Shown here piece by piece: positions 17,722 to 26,554 of a stretch of 64,000 nt of DNA. A program made the translations under genes and the position numbers. Position 1 is the stretch's first letter; the number at the start of each line of letters is the position of its first letter. Source of the stretch: an uncultured Candidatus Saccharibacteria bacterium (GTDB taxonomy: Bacteria > Patescibacteriota > Minisyncoccia > Minisyncoccales > Staskawiczbacteraceae); assembly GCA_964479955.1 (NCBI GenBank), contig CAYZNK010000001.1:144091-208090 (forward strand). Reading direction: 5' to 3'. A model generated the notes under the pieces. The model was not told the DNA's origin and searched no databases. It saw nothing but the letters and a program-made list of their open reading frames with translations.

Positions 17722-18540
17722 ATGAAAATTTCAAAAATAGCAGCTGTAATTTTAAAAACCATAATTGTTTTATTTATGGTTTTTTATACGTATGGAGTAT
17801 TTTTTATTATAAAAGACACAAGCCTTTATAATTGGGCAGTTATAACAATTGTTTTTGTATTTTTGCCTGCCCTGTTTTTTATGTTTTTTGATAAAAAATT
17901 TGTCTTAAAGTTTCCCAAATGGAAAACAAGGGTCCTTGTTGCCAAAGCCATATATATCTGCCTTATTGTTTTGCTTATTGTTGCTATGGCCCTAAGGTAT
18001 AATTACAAAACAAAAACAGAAGATGCTTTGGCTAAAATAAACAGCGCTGTTTTGACAATTGATGATGTTATGGGCACAAATTTGCCCCCAAAGCCAATTC
18101 AAGAGCTAAATGACATGACAGTTGCCGGTTTTGATGTAAACAACAATGGCATAAGGGACGATGTTGAGCTTGCAATTTTTGAAAAATATCCTGATTCTGC
18201 AAAAATCAGGGCAGGAATGTTGCAATATGCCCTTGCTTTGCAGTTGGAGCTTACAGAAGTTATTAATTCAGAGACACTTGTGGCAGTTTTACAGAAAAGG
18301 AGTAATGCTAGAATTTGCATAGACAATGCTGGATTAAAAATAAATCTTGAAACTAATCCTGAAGTGGCAAAAGAAGCTATTGATATTACTGAAAAAAGGA
18401 AAGAAGAAGTAGACAATCTTATATTAAACACGGATTTGCGTTCACAAAAACAAACGGATATTTATAATAATTATATGACAACATATTCAACATCTTTTGA
18501 GACAAATTGCGATATTGAATTATCATCTTTATTTAATTAG
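17722..18540 (+). CDS. Membrane protein with a C-terminal DxNxNGxRDD (Ca-binding-like) domain
   Basis: Three N-terminal TM segments; VAGFDVNNNGIRDDVE; two Cys. ATG at 17722 preferred over TTG at 17689, which lies inside the hairpin. Confidence 0.75.
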   Translation: MKISKIAAVILKTIIVLFMVFYTYGVFFIIKDTSLYNWAVITIVFVFLPALFFMFFDKKFVLKFPKWKTRVLVAKAIYICLIVLLIVAMALRYNYKTKTEDALAKINSAVLTIDDVMGTNLPPKPIQELNDMTVAGFDVNNNGIRDDVELAIFEKYPDSAKIRAGMLQYALALQLELTEVINSETLVAVLQKRSNARICIDNAGLKINLETNPEVAKEAIDITEKRKEEVDNLILNTDLRSQKQTDIYNNYMTTYSTSFETNCDIELSSLFN

Positions 18541-18545
18541 TTAGC

Positions 18546-20516
18546 ATGAAAAGATTTTTAGTTGTTTTATTTTTATTTGGATTTTTATTATTTCCTTTTA
18601 TTGGTTTTGCAGATTGTAATAAGGATGGAACAACTATTATTTTTATAAATGGAATTTTTGGTAATGAGGCAGCGGCAACGAATGACAAAAAATTACTTGA
18701 AGATACATTTTTTAGATATACTCAAGATAAAAATGTTAAGTTTATTAATGGTTTTAATCCATCGCATGTTGGAAAAATAGGGGATTTAATAAAAGCAGTA
18801 ATGCAGGCCTATGGAAACCAGGATTTGGATTTTGACTTAACAACCATTTTAAACCAAGTTCACAGCCAAATTGAAACAAGAAAAGTTTTGCTTGTGGGTC
18901 ATTCCCAGGGAACTTTTTATACCAATTCAGCTTATGAATATCTGGTTAAAAACGGAGTTTCTCCAAAGTCAATTGCTGTTTATAACATTGCAACTCCCGC
19001 TGATTATGTTGCAGGCAATGGCAGTTATATAACTTCAAGCACAGATAAGGTTATAGAATCAATTGTCAGAGAGCTTACAGAAATTGGCTCTGCAAAAACA
19101 CCGCTTCCCTCAAACATAACAATAGAGCTGTCAGAACAGGAGCAAGCAGATGCTTTTGGTGGACATTCTTTTAGCGGGGTGTATCTTGATGCTGTTCCTG
19201 GTAGAATTATAGGAGATATTTATGATTCTTTGCAAAGCCTTTCTGCAGAAGATAAAAATGATTTAAATGAATGTTTTGAAAAGCCAGGAGAAAGCGTTGC
19301 TTATAAAATGCAAAAATTGGGCCTTGGATTTTTAGATAGCGGATTTAAAACAGCATCAAGTCTGGAGGCAACCGATTTTGTAACAACATCACAAGAAACT
19401 CTGGCAAAAGTATTCAACTGGGGAAAGAGGGTTGTAAGCTATATCGCAAAAGTTTTTGAAAATGGCGGTTTACTTCAGGCGGCTTTGAATAATTTGCAGG
19501 ATAACAATGAAAATAACGGCCAAAATGAAGAGCCGTTTTTTAATGAACAAAACAGCAATTATTCAGAGGAATTATCAGAAGACAGTAAAGACTTTGAGGA
19601 TTTTACAGGAATGGGCGGGCCTGACCCGGATTTGGTTTTTGAAACAGAATTAGACGACCTGTTAGATGAAATTGAAGAAAAGTTAGATGTAATCAATCAA
19701 CAGATAATTGAACTGCAAAGTCAAAACAATGAAAACCAAAAAGAAGACGTCCAAAAAGACAAGGAAGATGAGGATAATAAAGATGGGAAAGAGGACACCC
19801 AAGAAAACGATACAGAGGAAGAAGGCGCAGACCCCCAGGAAATCGTGAACACAACCGGAGGAGGGACCTTAGTAAACTATTTTAAAATCTTGATTTCTGA
19901 AGTTCAAGTTTCAGGTGTGTCTGATTCAAAAGAGGAATTTATTGAGCTTTATAATCCAAACAATGAGACGGTTGACCTAACCGATTGGTATTTGCAGAGA
20001 AAAACAAAAACAGGTTCAGGGTATTTAACACACGCCTCAAAAAATTCATTTTTAGGGAAGAAAATAATGGCCAAAAGTTATTTTTTGATTTCAAGGTGTG
20101 GATATTTTGAAACTTTGTCTGATATCTGCGTTGATAACGCTGTTTCAGATGATAATTCGTTTGTATTAAAAAATCCGTCCGGAGATATATCAGATAAACT
20201 TGGGATAGGAGACGCTCAGGAATACGAAAGTTTGCCGACTCAAAATCCATTGCAGGGCAAAAGTCAGACAATAGGCAGAAAAGTTAACACAGATGGTTCA
20301 GAGCAAGAATCGGACAATAATTTTATGGATTTTGAACTGCAAAATCCAACTCCAAAAGCAGAAAATATTGTTTTTACAGAAACCATAACTCCTAAGGAAC
20401 CCGAATTAAAAAAAATTCTTATAAATGAAATACAAATTGCCGGCACGGAAGACAAAAAAGCCGAGTTTGTTGAGCTCTATAATCTTAATGATGAGGATAT
20501 TGACCTAATTATTTGA
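18546..20516 (+). CDS. Secreted alpha/beta-hydrolase plus lamin-tail-domain protein, N-terminal part (prematurely terminated)
   Basis: Signal peptide; LVGHSQG nucleophile elbow; acidic linker; LTD (ILISEV..EEFIELYNP..VDLTDW); the second LTD is cut at DIDL. Confidence 0.8.
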   Translation: MKRFLVVLFLFGFLLFPFIGFADCNKDGTTIIFINGIFGNEAAATNDKKLLEDTFFRYTQDKNVKFINGFNPSHVGKIGDLIKAVMQAYGNQDLDFDLTTILNQVHSQIETRKVLLVGHSQGTFYTNSAYEYLVKNGVSPKSIAVYNIATPADYVAGNGSYITSSTDKVIESIVRELTEIGSAKTPLPSNITIELSEQEQADAFGGHSFSGVYLDAVPGRIIGDIYDSLQSLSAEDKNDLNECFEKPGESVAYKMQKLGLGFLDSGFKTASSLEATDFVTTSQETLAKVFNWGKRVVSYIAKVFENGGLLQAALNNLQDNNENNGQNEEPFFNEQNSNYSEELSEDSKDFEDFTGMGGPDPDLVFETELDDLLDEIEEKLDVINQQIIELQSQNNENQKEDVQKDKEDEDNKDGKEDTQENDTEEEGADPQEIVNTTGGGTLVNYFKILISEVQVSGVSDSKEEFIELYNPNNETVDLTDWYLQRKTKTGSGYLTHASKNSFLGKKIMAKSYFLISRCGYFETLSDICVDNAVSDDNSFVLKNPSGDISDKLGIGDAQEYESLPTQNPLQGKSQTIGRKVNTDGSEQESDNNFMDFELQNPTPKAENIVFTETITPKEPELKKILINEIQIAGTEDKKAEFVELYNLNDEDIDLII

Positions 20517-23088
20517 TGGAAAAATTATAAGGGGGAAAAACTATTTTTTGATATCAAGAGAAGAATACCTCGCAGATAAAGCGGATATTTTTGTTGTTAA
20601 TCCTCTAACCGAAGATAATACTTTGGTTTTAAAGAGGCCCGATAAAAGCATTTCTGATAAAATTGGTTGGCAGAATGCAACTGATTTTGAAACAACCCCT
20701 GCTTGTTCTTTTGCTGACGGCCAAAGCATTGAAAGGAAAATAATCGGCAAAGATACAGATAATAATTTTGATGATTTTAGGGTTTCTGGCGCTCCAAGCC
20801 CAAGGGAAAGCTTTATTAAGGCTGGAATTGAAGACAAAACAGATTATGACAGCAGCCTTAAGTGTGATGACGGAGTTTATTTTTATGAGTTAAGCTTAAG
20901 TTGGGATTCAACATTGCCTGATGTTGAATTTTTCCATTTGCAATATAGATTAAATAATGGGGATTGGCAGGATTGGTTTTTAGAAACAAAAGAAACATCA
21001 GCTAATTTTAAGGGTTTTTATTCTTTGATTGAGGAAGAAAATTTGTATTCTTTTAGAGTAAAAGCGCAGGATATATATGGAAATGAATCTGATTGGCAGG
21101 AAATAGACATTGATTTATCGGTTCCTGTTGTGATTAATGAAGTTGCTTTATTCGGAACAATTGCCGGCAACAGCGACAATTGGCTTGAGCTTTATAATAG
21201 GTCAGAAAATGATGTTGATTTGACAGGATGGCAGATAACTTTTGAAGGAGGAAGCATTTTGTTATCAGAAAAAATTCCGGCAAAAGGATTTTATGTTTTG
21301 GAAAAAGGGGACGATAATGTCTTAGATACGCCCGCTGATAGTATTTTTGAAAGCGGTTTTTCAGGCAGATTTCTTTATTTGAAAGACAGTAAAAACAGGC
21401 GTGTTGACGAGGTTTACGACAATGGAGACTGGAACTACTGTAATGTGGAACAAAATAATTTTTCGTTGGAAAGGATAAGCCCGTATTCTTTTGGGTTTGT
21501 TAAGGAAAATTGGAAGCTTAATGACTCAAAAAAAATGAACGGTAAAGACCGGGATGGAAATTCTGTTTACGGCACTCCGGGAAATGAAAACAGCCATTAC
21601 CAACTATATACGGTTTTGCCAACTGGTTTTGGCAGAGATATTGTTTTGCCAAAAAATTTAAGCCCTTATACGTTTTTTGAAAATACAAAAGTTTTTGAGG
21701 GCACAAAGTTAACAGTTTCCGAGGGGACTGTTTTAAAGGCAATAAATCCGTTTGGCAAGATTGTAATTGAAGGGACATTAAAGGCAATTGGCAGTTCTGA
21801 AGAAAAAATCGTTTTTACTTCTGTTCTTGATGACGAGTTTGGCGGAGATACAAATGATGACCTTTCAGAAACTGTCCCAGGCCCTGGAAACTGGTTTGGC
21901 ATAGAGTTTACCAAAAAAAGCGTGAATTCTGAGATAGATAATGTTATTTTCCGTTATGGCGGGTCATCTTTGATTGAATTTGGCGCTAGCGTGAAAATAA
22001 ATCAAGCTGCTGTGAAAATAAAAAATTCAATATTTGAAAATAACCTTAACAAAGGATTATTTTTGGTAAATTCATCATCTGAAATTGAATCAAGTCAATT
22101 TTTAAATATGCAAGAATCCAGCCCAAACACCGGATTTAATGCGGTGGGAATTTCTGTTTTGGGCGGAGCGGATATTATCAAAGACTGTTATTTTAAAGAA
22201 AACAATTATGGAATTACAGTTGAAAATTGGAATGATGAAAACGGTGAAGTTTTTAATTCTCAAGTTTTAATACAAAATAATAATTTTGAAAAAAACGGAA
22301 AGCCAATATATGCCGGGACCCTGAATAGTCCTGTTTTTTCAGACAATAAAGCTGTAGAAAACGATTGCAACGCAATTGTATTTTTCAGGCATGCAATAAC
22401 AAATGATTTAACCTTAAGGCCGGATTTGCCATATTCGGCAGATGGGTTCTTTTTCGTTCCGGAGAACGCAACATTAAGCTTGGAGCCAGGAGTTGTGATG
22501 AATCTTTCTGGAATAAATATTGACGGAACATTAAAGGCAATAGGAACACAAGAAAGTCCAATTATCTTTAGGGATTATTATTGGGACCAAGAGTGGGCTC
22601 AAAGGCCAGGCAAGTGGCATGGTTTAAGATTTTCAGAAGCAAGTAAAGATTCAGAGCTTGAAAATATTGAAATATCTTTTGCCGGGGATAATTCGCTTGA
22701 AGGGCGTGAATTTGAGGCGGCAATAAGGGCAGAAAACTGCAATATATCTTTAAAAAATTCAAATTTGTATGATAATCAAAATAACGGGTTGTATTTGATA
22801 AACGCAGATGCAGTTGTTGATACGGTTGTTTTTAAAAATCATACTGAAGTGGGATATCTTGGGGCAAGCGCAAATGCAATACATATAAAAGGAGGCAAAA
22901 CAGAGGTAAAAAACTCATATTTTGAAAACCAGACATTCGGTATTTATCTGGAAAAATGGATAGACCCTGATGGCAATGAAATTCTTCCTGATGCCAATTT
23001 GCATACAGACCCAGATGACCCTGAAAAAAATATTTTTGTAAATACTATCACTCCGGGAGGGGATATCTTTGACTCCACTCTTCCTTAA
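20509..23088 (+). pseudogene. C-terminal part of the same surface protein (rest of LTD2, FN3-like, LTD3, parallel beta-helix), separated by a frameshifting deletion
   Basis: Frame opens at 20509 (LFDGKIIRGKNYFLISR), homologous to FLGKKIMAKSYFLISR in LTD1; no signal peptide or good start; repeated GTLKAIG..IVFT..PGxW beta-helix units. Confidence 0.7.
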
Positions 23089-23089
23089 T

Positions 23090-23120
23090 AAAAAAGCCCC
23101 CAGAATTCCTTCTGAAGGCG
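23090..23120 (-). terminator. Terminator-like hairpin for the minus-strand orphan gene
   Basis: A-tract followed by the imperfect stem GCCccCAGAA-ttcc-TTCTGaaGGC. Confidence 0.45.
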
Positions 23121-23138
23121 TAATTGGTTTCTATGGGG

Positions 23139-23588
23139 CTAACTGCAGAGAGATGCCCATCTCCTGAAGAAAGATTTCTTCGGTTTTGGGTTAAAATCAG
23201 TGCTTACTCCCCACAAATTACCACTTTGAATAAGCCCCAAGATCTTGTCGCGAAGCTTGTTCAAATTGCCTGCCGACCTTGCCTGTACGGCAATGGTCAA
23301 TGTACGGCAGGCGTACTTTACATCGTTTGCAAACCTGCCCTCTTTGACAAGCTCTTTGAACCCATCGCTACGCACTTGGCCCCAAGCATCACCGAGGTAA
23401 AAATATGCCAGAGGAGGCTCTCTGTGGCGGATGTTATCAAGGGGGTCCCTAGATGAAACCTCAATCTCCTCTTTCCAACTCACTGTCATACCTTCTGGCA
23501 CAACAAAGTTTTCTGGCAAGGAAACAAATTGAAGTTTCCTTGCAACCTCCCCCTCGCTGTTTAAAAGAACCAAACTAGACATAGCCAT
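23139..23588 (-). CDS. Hypothetical protein (149 aa)
   Basis: ATG with a strong AAAGGAG SD, own promoter and terminator; no recognised motif. Confidence 0.7.
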   Translation of the reverse strand: MAMSSLVLLNSEGEVARKLQFVSLPENFVVPEGMTVSWKEEIEVSSRDPLDNIRHREPPLAYFYLGDAWGQVRSDGFKELVKEGRFANDVKYACRTLTIAVQARSAGNLNKLRDKILGLIQSGNLWGVSTDFNPKPKKSFFRRWASLCS

Positions 23589-23650
23589 TCTCCTTTCTTC
23601 TTTGCGTCTTGAGTGGTCTCAAGATCGCTAGTGGAGTGAACAAATCCTAT

Positions 23651-23720
23651 ATATTATATATATCACATAAATATTATTTTTGTCAATAGAATTGACATAA
23701 ATATAAAAATGAATTATATT
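23651..23720. promoter_or_regulatory. Back-to-back divergent sigma70 promoters
   Basis: TGTCAAT-aga-ATTGACA (23681-23697) supplies TTGACA on both strands, each with a -10-like hexamer 17-18 nt away. Confidence 0.75.
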
Positions 23721-23782
23721 TTATGTCAGGTGAATGCGCGTTGCATTTACAACGTTCTTTGTTCTTTTTTTGGAGGTGCGTT

Positions 23783-24061
23783 ATGGCCGACACAACTAAA
23801 CTGGCCGATACGTTTCCCGCGCTGCGCATTGTTGTTACGGTAAGCCCGCAAAATCTGTACGTTACTCTCGAGCATTGCAACAATTTGGGGCTTCTTCCCA
23901 ATGTGTGTGGCTATGAACCTCGGGGGAATCTTATTTTGTTTCAAGTTCTTGTGCCCGACCTTTCTTCTGGCGCCGAAGAAAGATTCAGTGCGGAAATAAA
24001 TCAGTTTGGCGCGAGAATTTGGAAAGTAACCAAAACCAAACTGATATGTCCGGTTTTCTGA
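23783..24061 (+). CDS. Hypothetical protein (92 aa), possibly ACT/ferredoxin-like fold
   Basis: ATG at 23783 after GGAGG; alternating strand/helix pattern judged by eye. Confidence 0.6.
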   Translation: MADTTKLADTFPALRIVVTVSPQNLYVTLEHCNNLGLLPNVCGYEPRGNLILFQVLVPDLSSGAEERFSAEINQFGARIWKVTKTKLICPVF

Positions 24062-24074
24062 TAGCCAACACTAG

Positions 24075-24113
24075 CCCCCTGCGTATTTAAAAGAATACAT
24101 AGGGGGATTTTTT
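24075..24113 (+). terminator. Intrinsic terminator
   Basis: CCCCCTgcGTATT...AATACatAGGGGG followed by ATTTTTT. Confidence 0.75.
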
Positions 24114-24219
24114 ATGGTATTTTGACTTTTGGTTTTTTATTTGATAAATTTAAAATAATTGGCGCAAAAATGCGCGTATAGTTTTGTTTATGCTTTATAT
24201 TTTTTGAGCAAGATAAATC

Positions 24220-24813
24220 ATGAAAGAGGATTTTTTAAAATTAACCAGTTCTGCCTACAGATTGTCAGAGTATTTTCCAGAGTCAGACCCTTTGAAGGCA
24301 AAAGCAAAAGAAAGAATTTTATCTGTAATGGAAACGCTTGTTGCAATTGGGTGCGAGGCAAATTGGGCTGTTTTAGGAGTTTCAAGCCAACAGCGAATAA
24401 TAGGGGATATTGACGCTCTTTTGGGATATTTTGAAATTGCCAAAAATCAGGAATGGGTAAGCTCAATAAACTATCTGATAATTTCAGGAGAATATAAAAA
24501 GATAAGAGATGAAGTTTTGCAGGTTAAGGTTGTTAAAGAAACAATAGCAGATAATAGTGATAAAGAAACGGTTATCAGGCAGAATATAATAGTTGGTGAT
24601 TTAAAAGAGCAAAAATCGCAAAAGTTTTCTGAAAGACAGAAAAAAATAGTTGACTTTTTAAAAGAAAACAAAAAAGCCCAAGTTATGGATTTGCAGGCAG
24701 TATTGCCAAACATAACAAAAAGGACAATAAGAAGGGATTTGGACCAATTATTGGCAACAGGGGAGGTTATCAGAATGGGGGAATTTAATCAGGTATTTTA
24801 TAAAATAAGTTGA
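24220..24813 (+). CDS. Helical N-domain plus C-terminal DeoR-type winged HTH DNA-binding protein
   Basis: SERQKKIVDFLKE..QVMDLQAVLPNITKRTIRRDLDQL matches DeoR HTH (RTIRRDL); promoter TTGACT-17-TAAATT at 24122-24150. Confidence 0.8.
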   Translation: MKEDFLKLTSSAYRLSEYFPESDPLKAKAKERILSVMETLVAIGCEANWAVLGVSSQQRIIGDIDALLGYFEIAKNQEWVSSINYLIISGEYKKIRDEVLQVKVVKETIADNSDKETVIRQNIIVGDLKEQKSQKFSERQKKIVDFLKENKKAQVMDLQAVLPNITKRTIRRDLDQLLATGEVIRMGEFNQVFYKIS

Positions 24814-24821
24814 TGAGTTTT

Positions 24822-24870
24822 GATAGGACATAGTAATGTCAGATAGGACAAAAATATAAGAGATAGGACA
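24822..24870 (+). repeat. Three exact GATAGGACA direct repeats with 20-bp period
   Basis: Copies at 24822-24830, 24842-24850 and 24862-24870; an inverted variant TGTCAGATA at 24837-24845. Confidence 0.9.
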
Positions 24871-24891
24871 TTTTTACACAAAATAATAAAA

Positions 24892-24990
24892 TAGTCGTAT
24901 TTCCCTTGATTTATTTTTGAGTTTATAGTATAATAAAAAATCATTGAAAAGATAGATATGAATATTATTTTTAGTCGGGAAATACGACTA
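24892..24990. promoter_or_regulatory. Sigma70 promoter enclosed by perfect 14-bp inverted repeats
   Basis: TAGTCGTATTTCCC (24892-24905) and GGGAAATACGACTA (24977-24990); inside: TTGATT (24906-24911), 17 nt, TATAAT (24929-24934). Confidence 0.8.
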
Positions 24991-25007
24991 AATAGCATAA
25001 TTAAAAA

Positions 25008-25505
25008 ATGGACGAGATTAGAGAACAATTTAGCCGGATTTATGACCAATATATAGGCAAAATATACAGGTTTGTTTATTTGAAGGTTAGCTCAGAAGAA
25101 GTTGCGCAGGATATTACTTCCAAGGTGTTCACAAAAGGCTGGGAAGCCTATCAAAAAGGGGTTAAAAACCCAGGGGCTTTTCTTTATCAGATAGCCAGAA
25201 ATTCTGTTATTGATTATTATAGAGAAAAAGGTAGGACAAACACAGTATCTTCGGATTCAATTCCTGAATTGCAAGATAATAGCAAAAGCATAGAAGAAAA
25301 CGCTATTTTGGCTGCTGATGTAAAAATGGTAAAAACAGCCCTATTAAGGATAAAAAAAGACTATCAGGATGTCCTTATTTGGCATTATTTGGATGATATG
25401 CCGATAAGCCAGATTGCCGAAAATCTTAATAAAAAAGAAGGGGCGGTCAGGGTAATGATACACAGGGGCCTAAAAGACCTAAAAGATATTATTCAATCCT
25501 CCTAA
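25008..25505 (+). CDS. ECF RNA polymerase sigma-70 factor
   Basis: Region 2 (IYRFVY..AQDITSKVF..FLYQIARNSVIDYYR) and region 4 HTH (ISQIAENLNKKEGAVRVMIHRG). Confidence 0.95.
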   Translation: MDEIREQFSRIYDQYIGKIYRFVYLKVSSEEVAQDITSKVFTKGWEAYQKGVKNPGAFLYQIARNSVIDYYREKGRTNTVSSDSIPELQDNSKSIEENAILAADVKMVKTALLRIKKDYQDVLIWHYLDDMPISQIAENLNKKEGAVRVMIHRGLKDLKDIIQSS

Positions 25506-25507
25506 AT

Positions 25508-25530
25508 ATTGGGAGGTCGGACCTCCCAAT
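25508..25530. repeat. REP-like GC-rich palindrome
   Basis: ATTGGGAGGTC-G-GACCTCCCAAT, no U-tract. Confidence 0.7.
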
Positions 25531-25538
25531 GACTAAAA

Positions 25539-25566
25539 TGTAACAAAAGTGGGATTTTTTCGTCAT
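25539..25566 (+). promoter_or_regulatory. ECF-type promoter between the sigma and anti-sigma genes
   Basis: TGTAAC (25539-25544), 16 nt, CGTCAT (25561-25566); fits the AAC/CGT pattern of SigM/SigW/SigX-class promoters. Confidence 0.75.
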
Positions 25567-25584
25567 ACTTATAAAGGACATAAA

Positions 25585-26340
25585 ATGGCAAAAATAACCG
25601 AAACACAACTTATTGACACATTGAAAGGACTTAAAGATATCAAACCCAATAAACAATGGGCTGTTTTGCTTAAAAGCCAGATATTAGATTGTGGGGCAGA
25701 AAAGCAGGTTGAATTTAACGCCGCAGATTTTCGGACAAACAAAGCAGGAATTGGAGAGATTGTTTTAAGAATGTTTTCTCAAAAGAAACTTGCTTATGCT
25801 TCAGCAACTTTTGCGTTCCTGGTTATTGGAATTTTTGGATTTGCAAGATATACAATGCCGGGCGACATATTTTATCCTGTTAAGAGAATAGCAGAACAGA
25901 CACAGCAAACTCCGCTTCAGATTGCATATAACAGGTCAGAAGATTTGATTAAAGTTGTAAAAGAAAATAAGACTCAGAATTTGGCTCCGGCAATAACAGA
26001 ATATAAAGCCAGCATATCGGATGCAGTTAAAAATTTATCAGACAGTTTGGTTGTTGCCAAGGGAGGGGATAAAAATGCTGTTGAAGAGATTATAAACGAA
26101 GTCAAAAAAATACAGGAAAACCAAAAGCAATTGGAAACTTTAGGAGTAAATATTGAAGATTCAGAACAGATTTCCGAGCTTGATGCTGCATTGTCTTTTA
26201 TAGTTGAAAATCAGATAGCTGATTTGGAGGATTCAACCCTTACAGATAAACAGCAGGAAACTTTGGAGAAGGTAAAAGAGTTGTTTATGCAGGGAGAATA
26301 TTCCCAGGCACTGGAAGAAATTTTACAGATGTCAGAATAA
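25585..26340 (+). CDS. Putative anti-sigma factor (single TM plus DUF5667-like helical domain)
   Basis: Follows the ECF sigma gene; cytoplasmic N-terminus, one TM, then MPGDIFYPVKRIAE; ATG at 25585 after AAGGA. Confidence 0.7.
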   Translation: MAKITETQLIDTLKGLKDIKPNKQWAVLLKSQILDCGAEKQVEFNAADFRTNKAGIGEIVLRMFSQKKLAYASATFAFLVIGIFGFARYTMPGDIFYPVKRIAEQTQQTPLQIAYNRSEDLIKVVKENKTQNLAPAITEYKASISDAVKNLSDSLVVAKGGDKNAVEEIINEVKKIQENQKQLETLGVNIEDSEQISELDAALSFIVENQIADLEDSTLTDKQQETLEKVKELFMQGEYSQALEEILQMSE

Positions 26341-26350
26341 AATTTAAAAA

Positions 26351-26502
26351 CATTGTTCCGGGGTGTTTGCGTATACCCCGTTAGAAATTTACGATTTTAA
26401 AATGGCAAATTTCTAACGGGGTAAATCCCGGGCAAATTATAAACAATGGACAAGTCGCAGATTCGTTGTTAGTACGTAAAGCAATGAGTCAATATGGTCG
26501 AC
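26351..26502 (+). promoter_or_regulatory. Structured leader of the S-layer-like gene containing a 17-bp inverted-repeat element
   Basis: TACCCCGTTAGAAATTT (26374-26390) / AAATTTCTAACGGGGTA (26407-26423), nested in CATTGTT/AACAATG and CCGGG/CCCGG; second stem GATTCGTTGT/GCAATGAGTC with three G-U pairs. Confidence 0.7.
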
Positions 26503-26554
26503 CGGCGAGAAATAAAATTATTATAAATTTAACTAAAGAAATACACACACAACA

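Noticed and set aside
20514-20516. TGA read-through or genetic code 25 joining the two LTD ORFs
   Set aside because: The downstream ORF is in a different frame, and TGA is a normal stop elsewhere (ftsA, nrdG, htrA).
24822-24870. CRISPR array
   Set aside because: 9-bp repeats with 11-bp spacers are far too short, and there are no cas genes.
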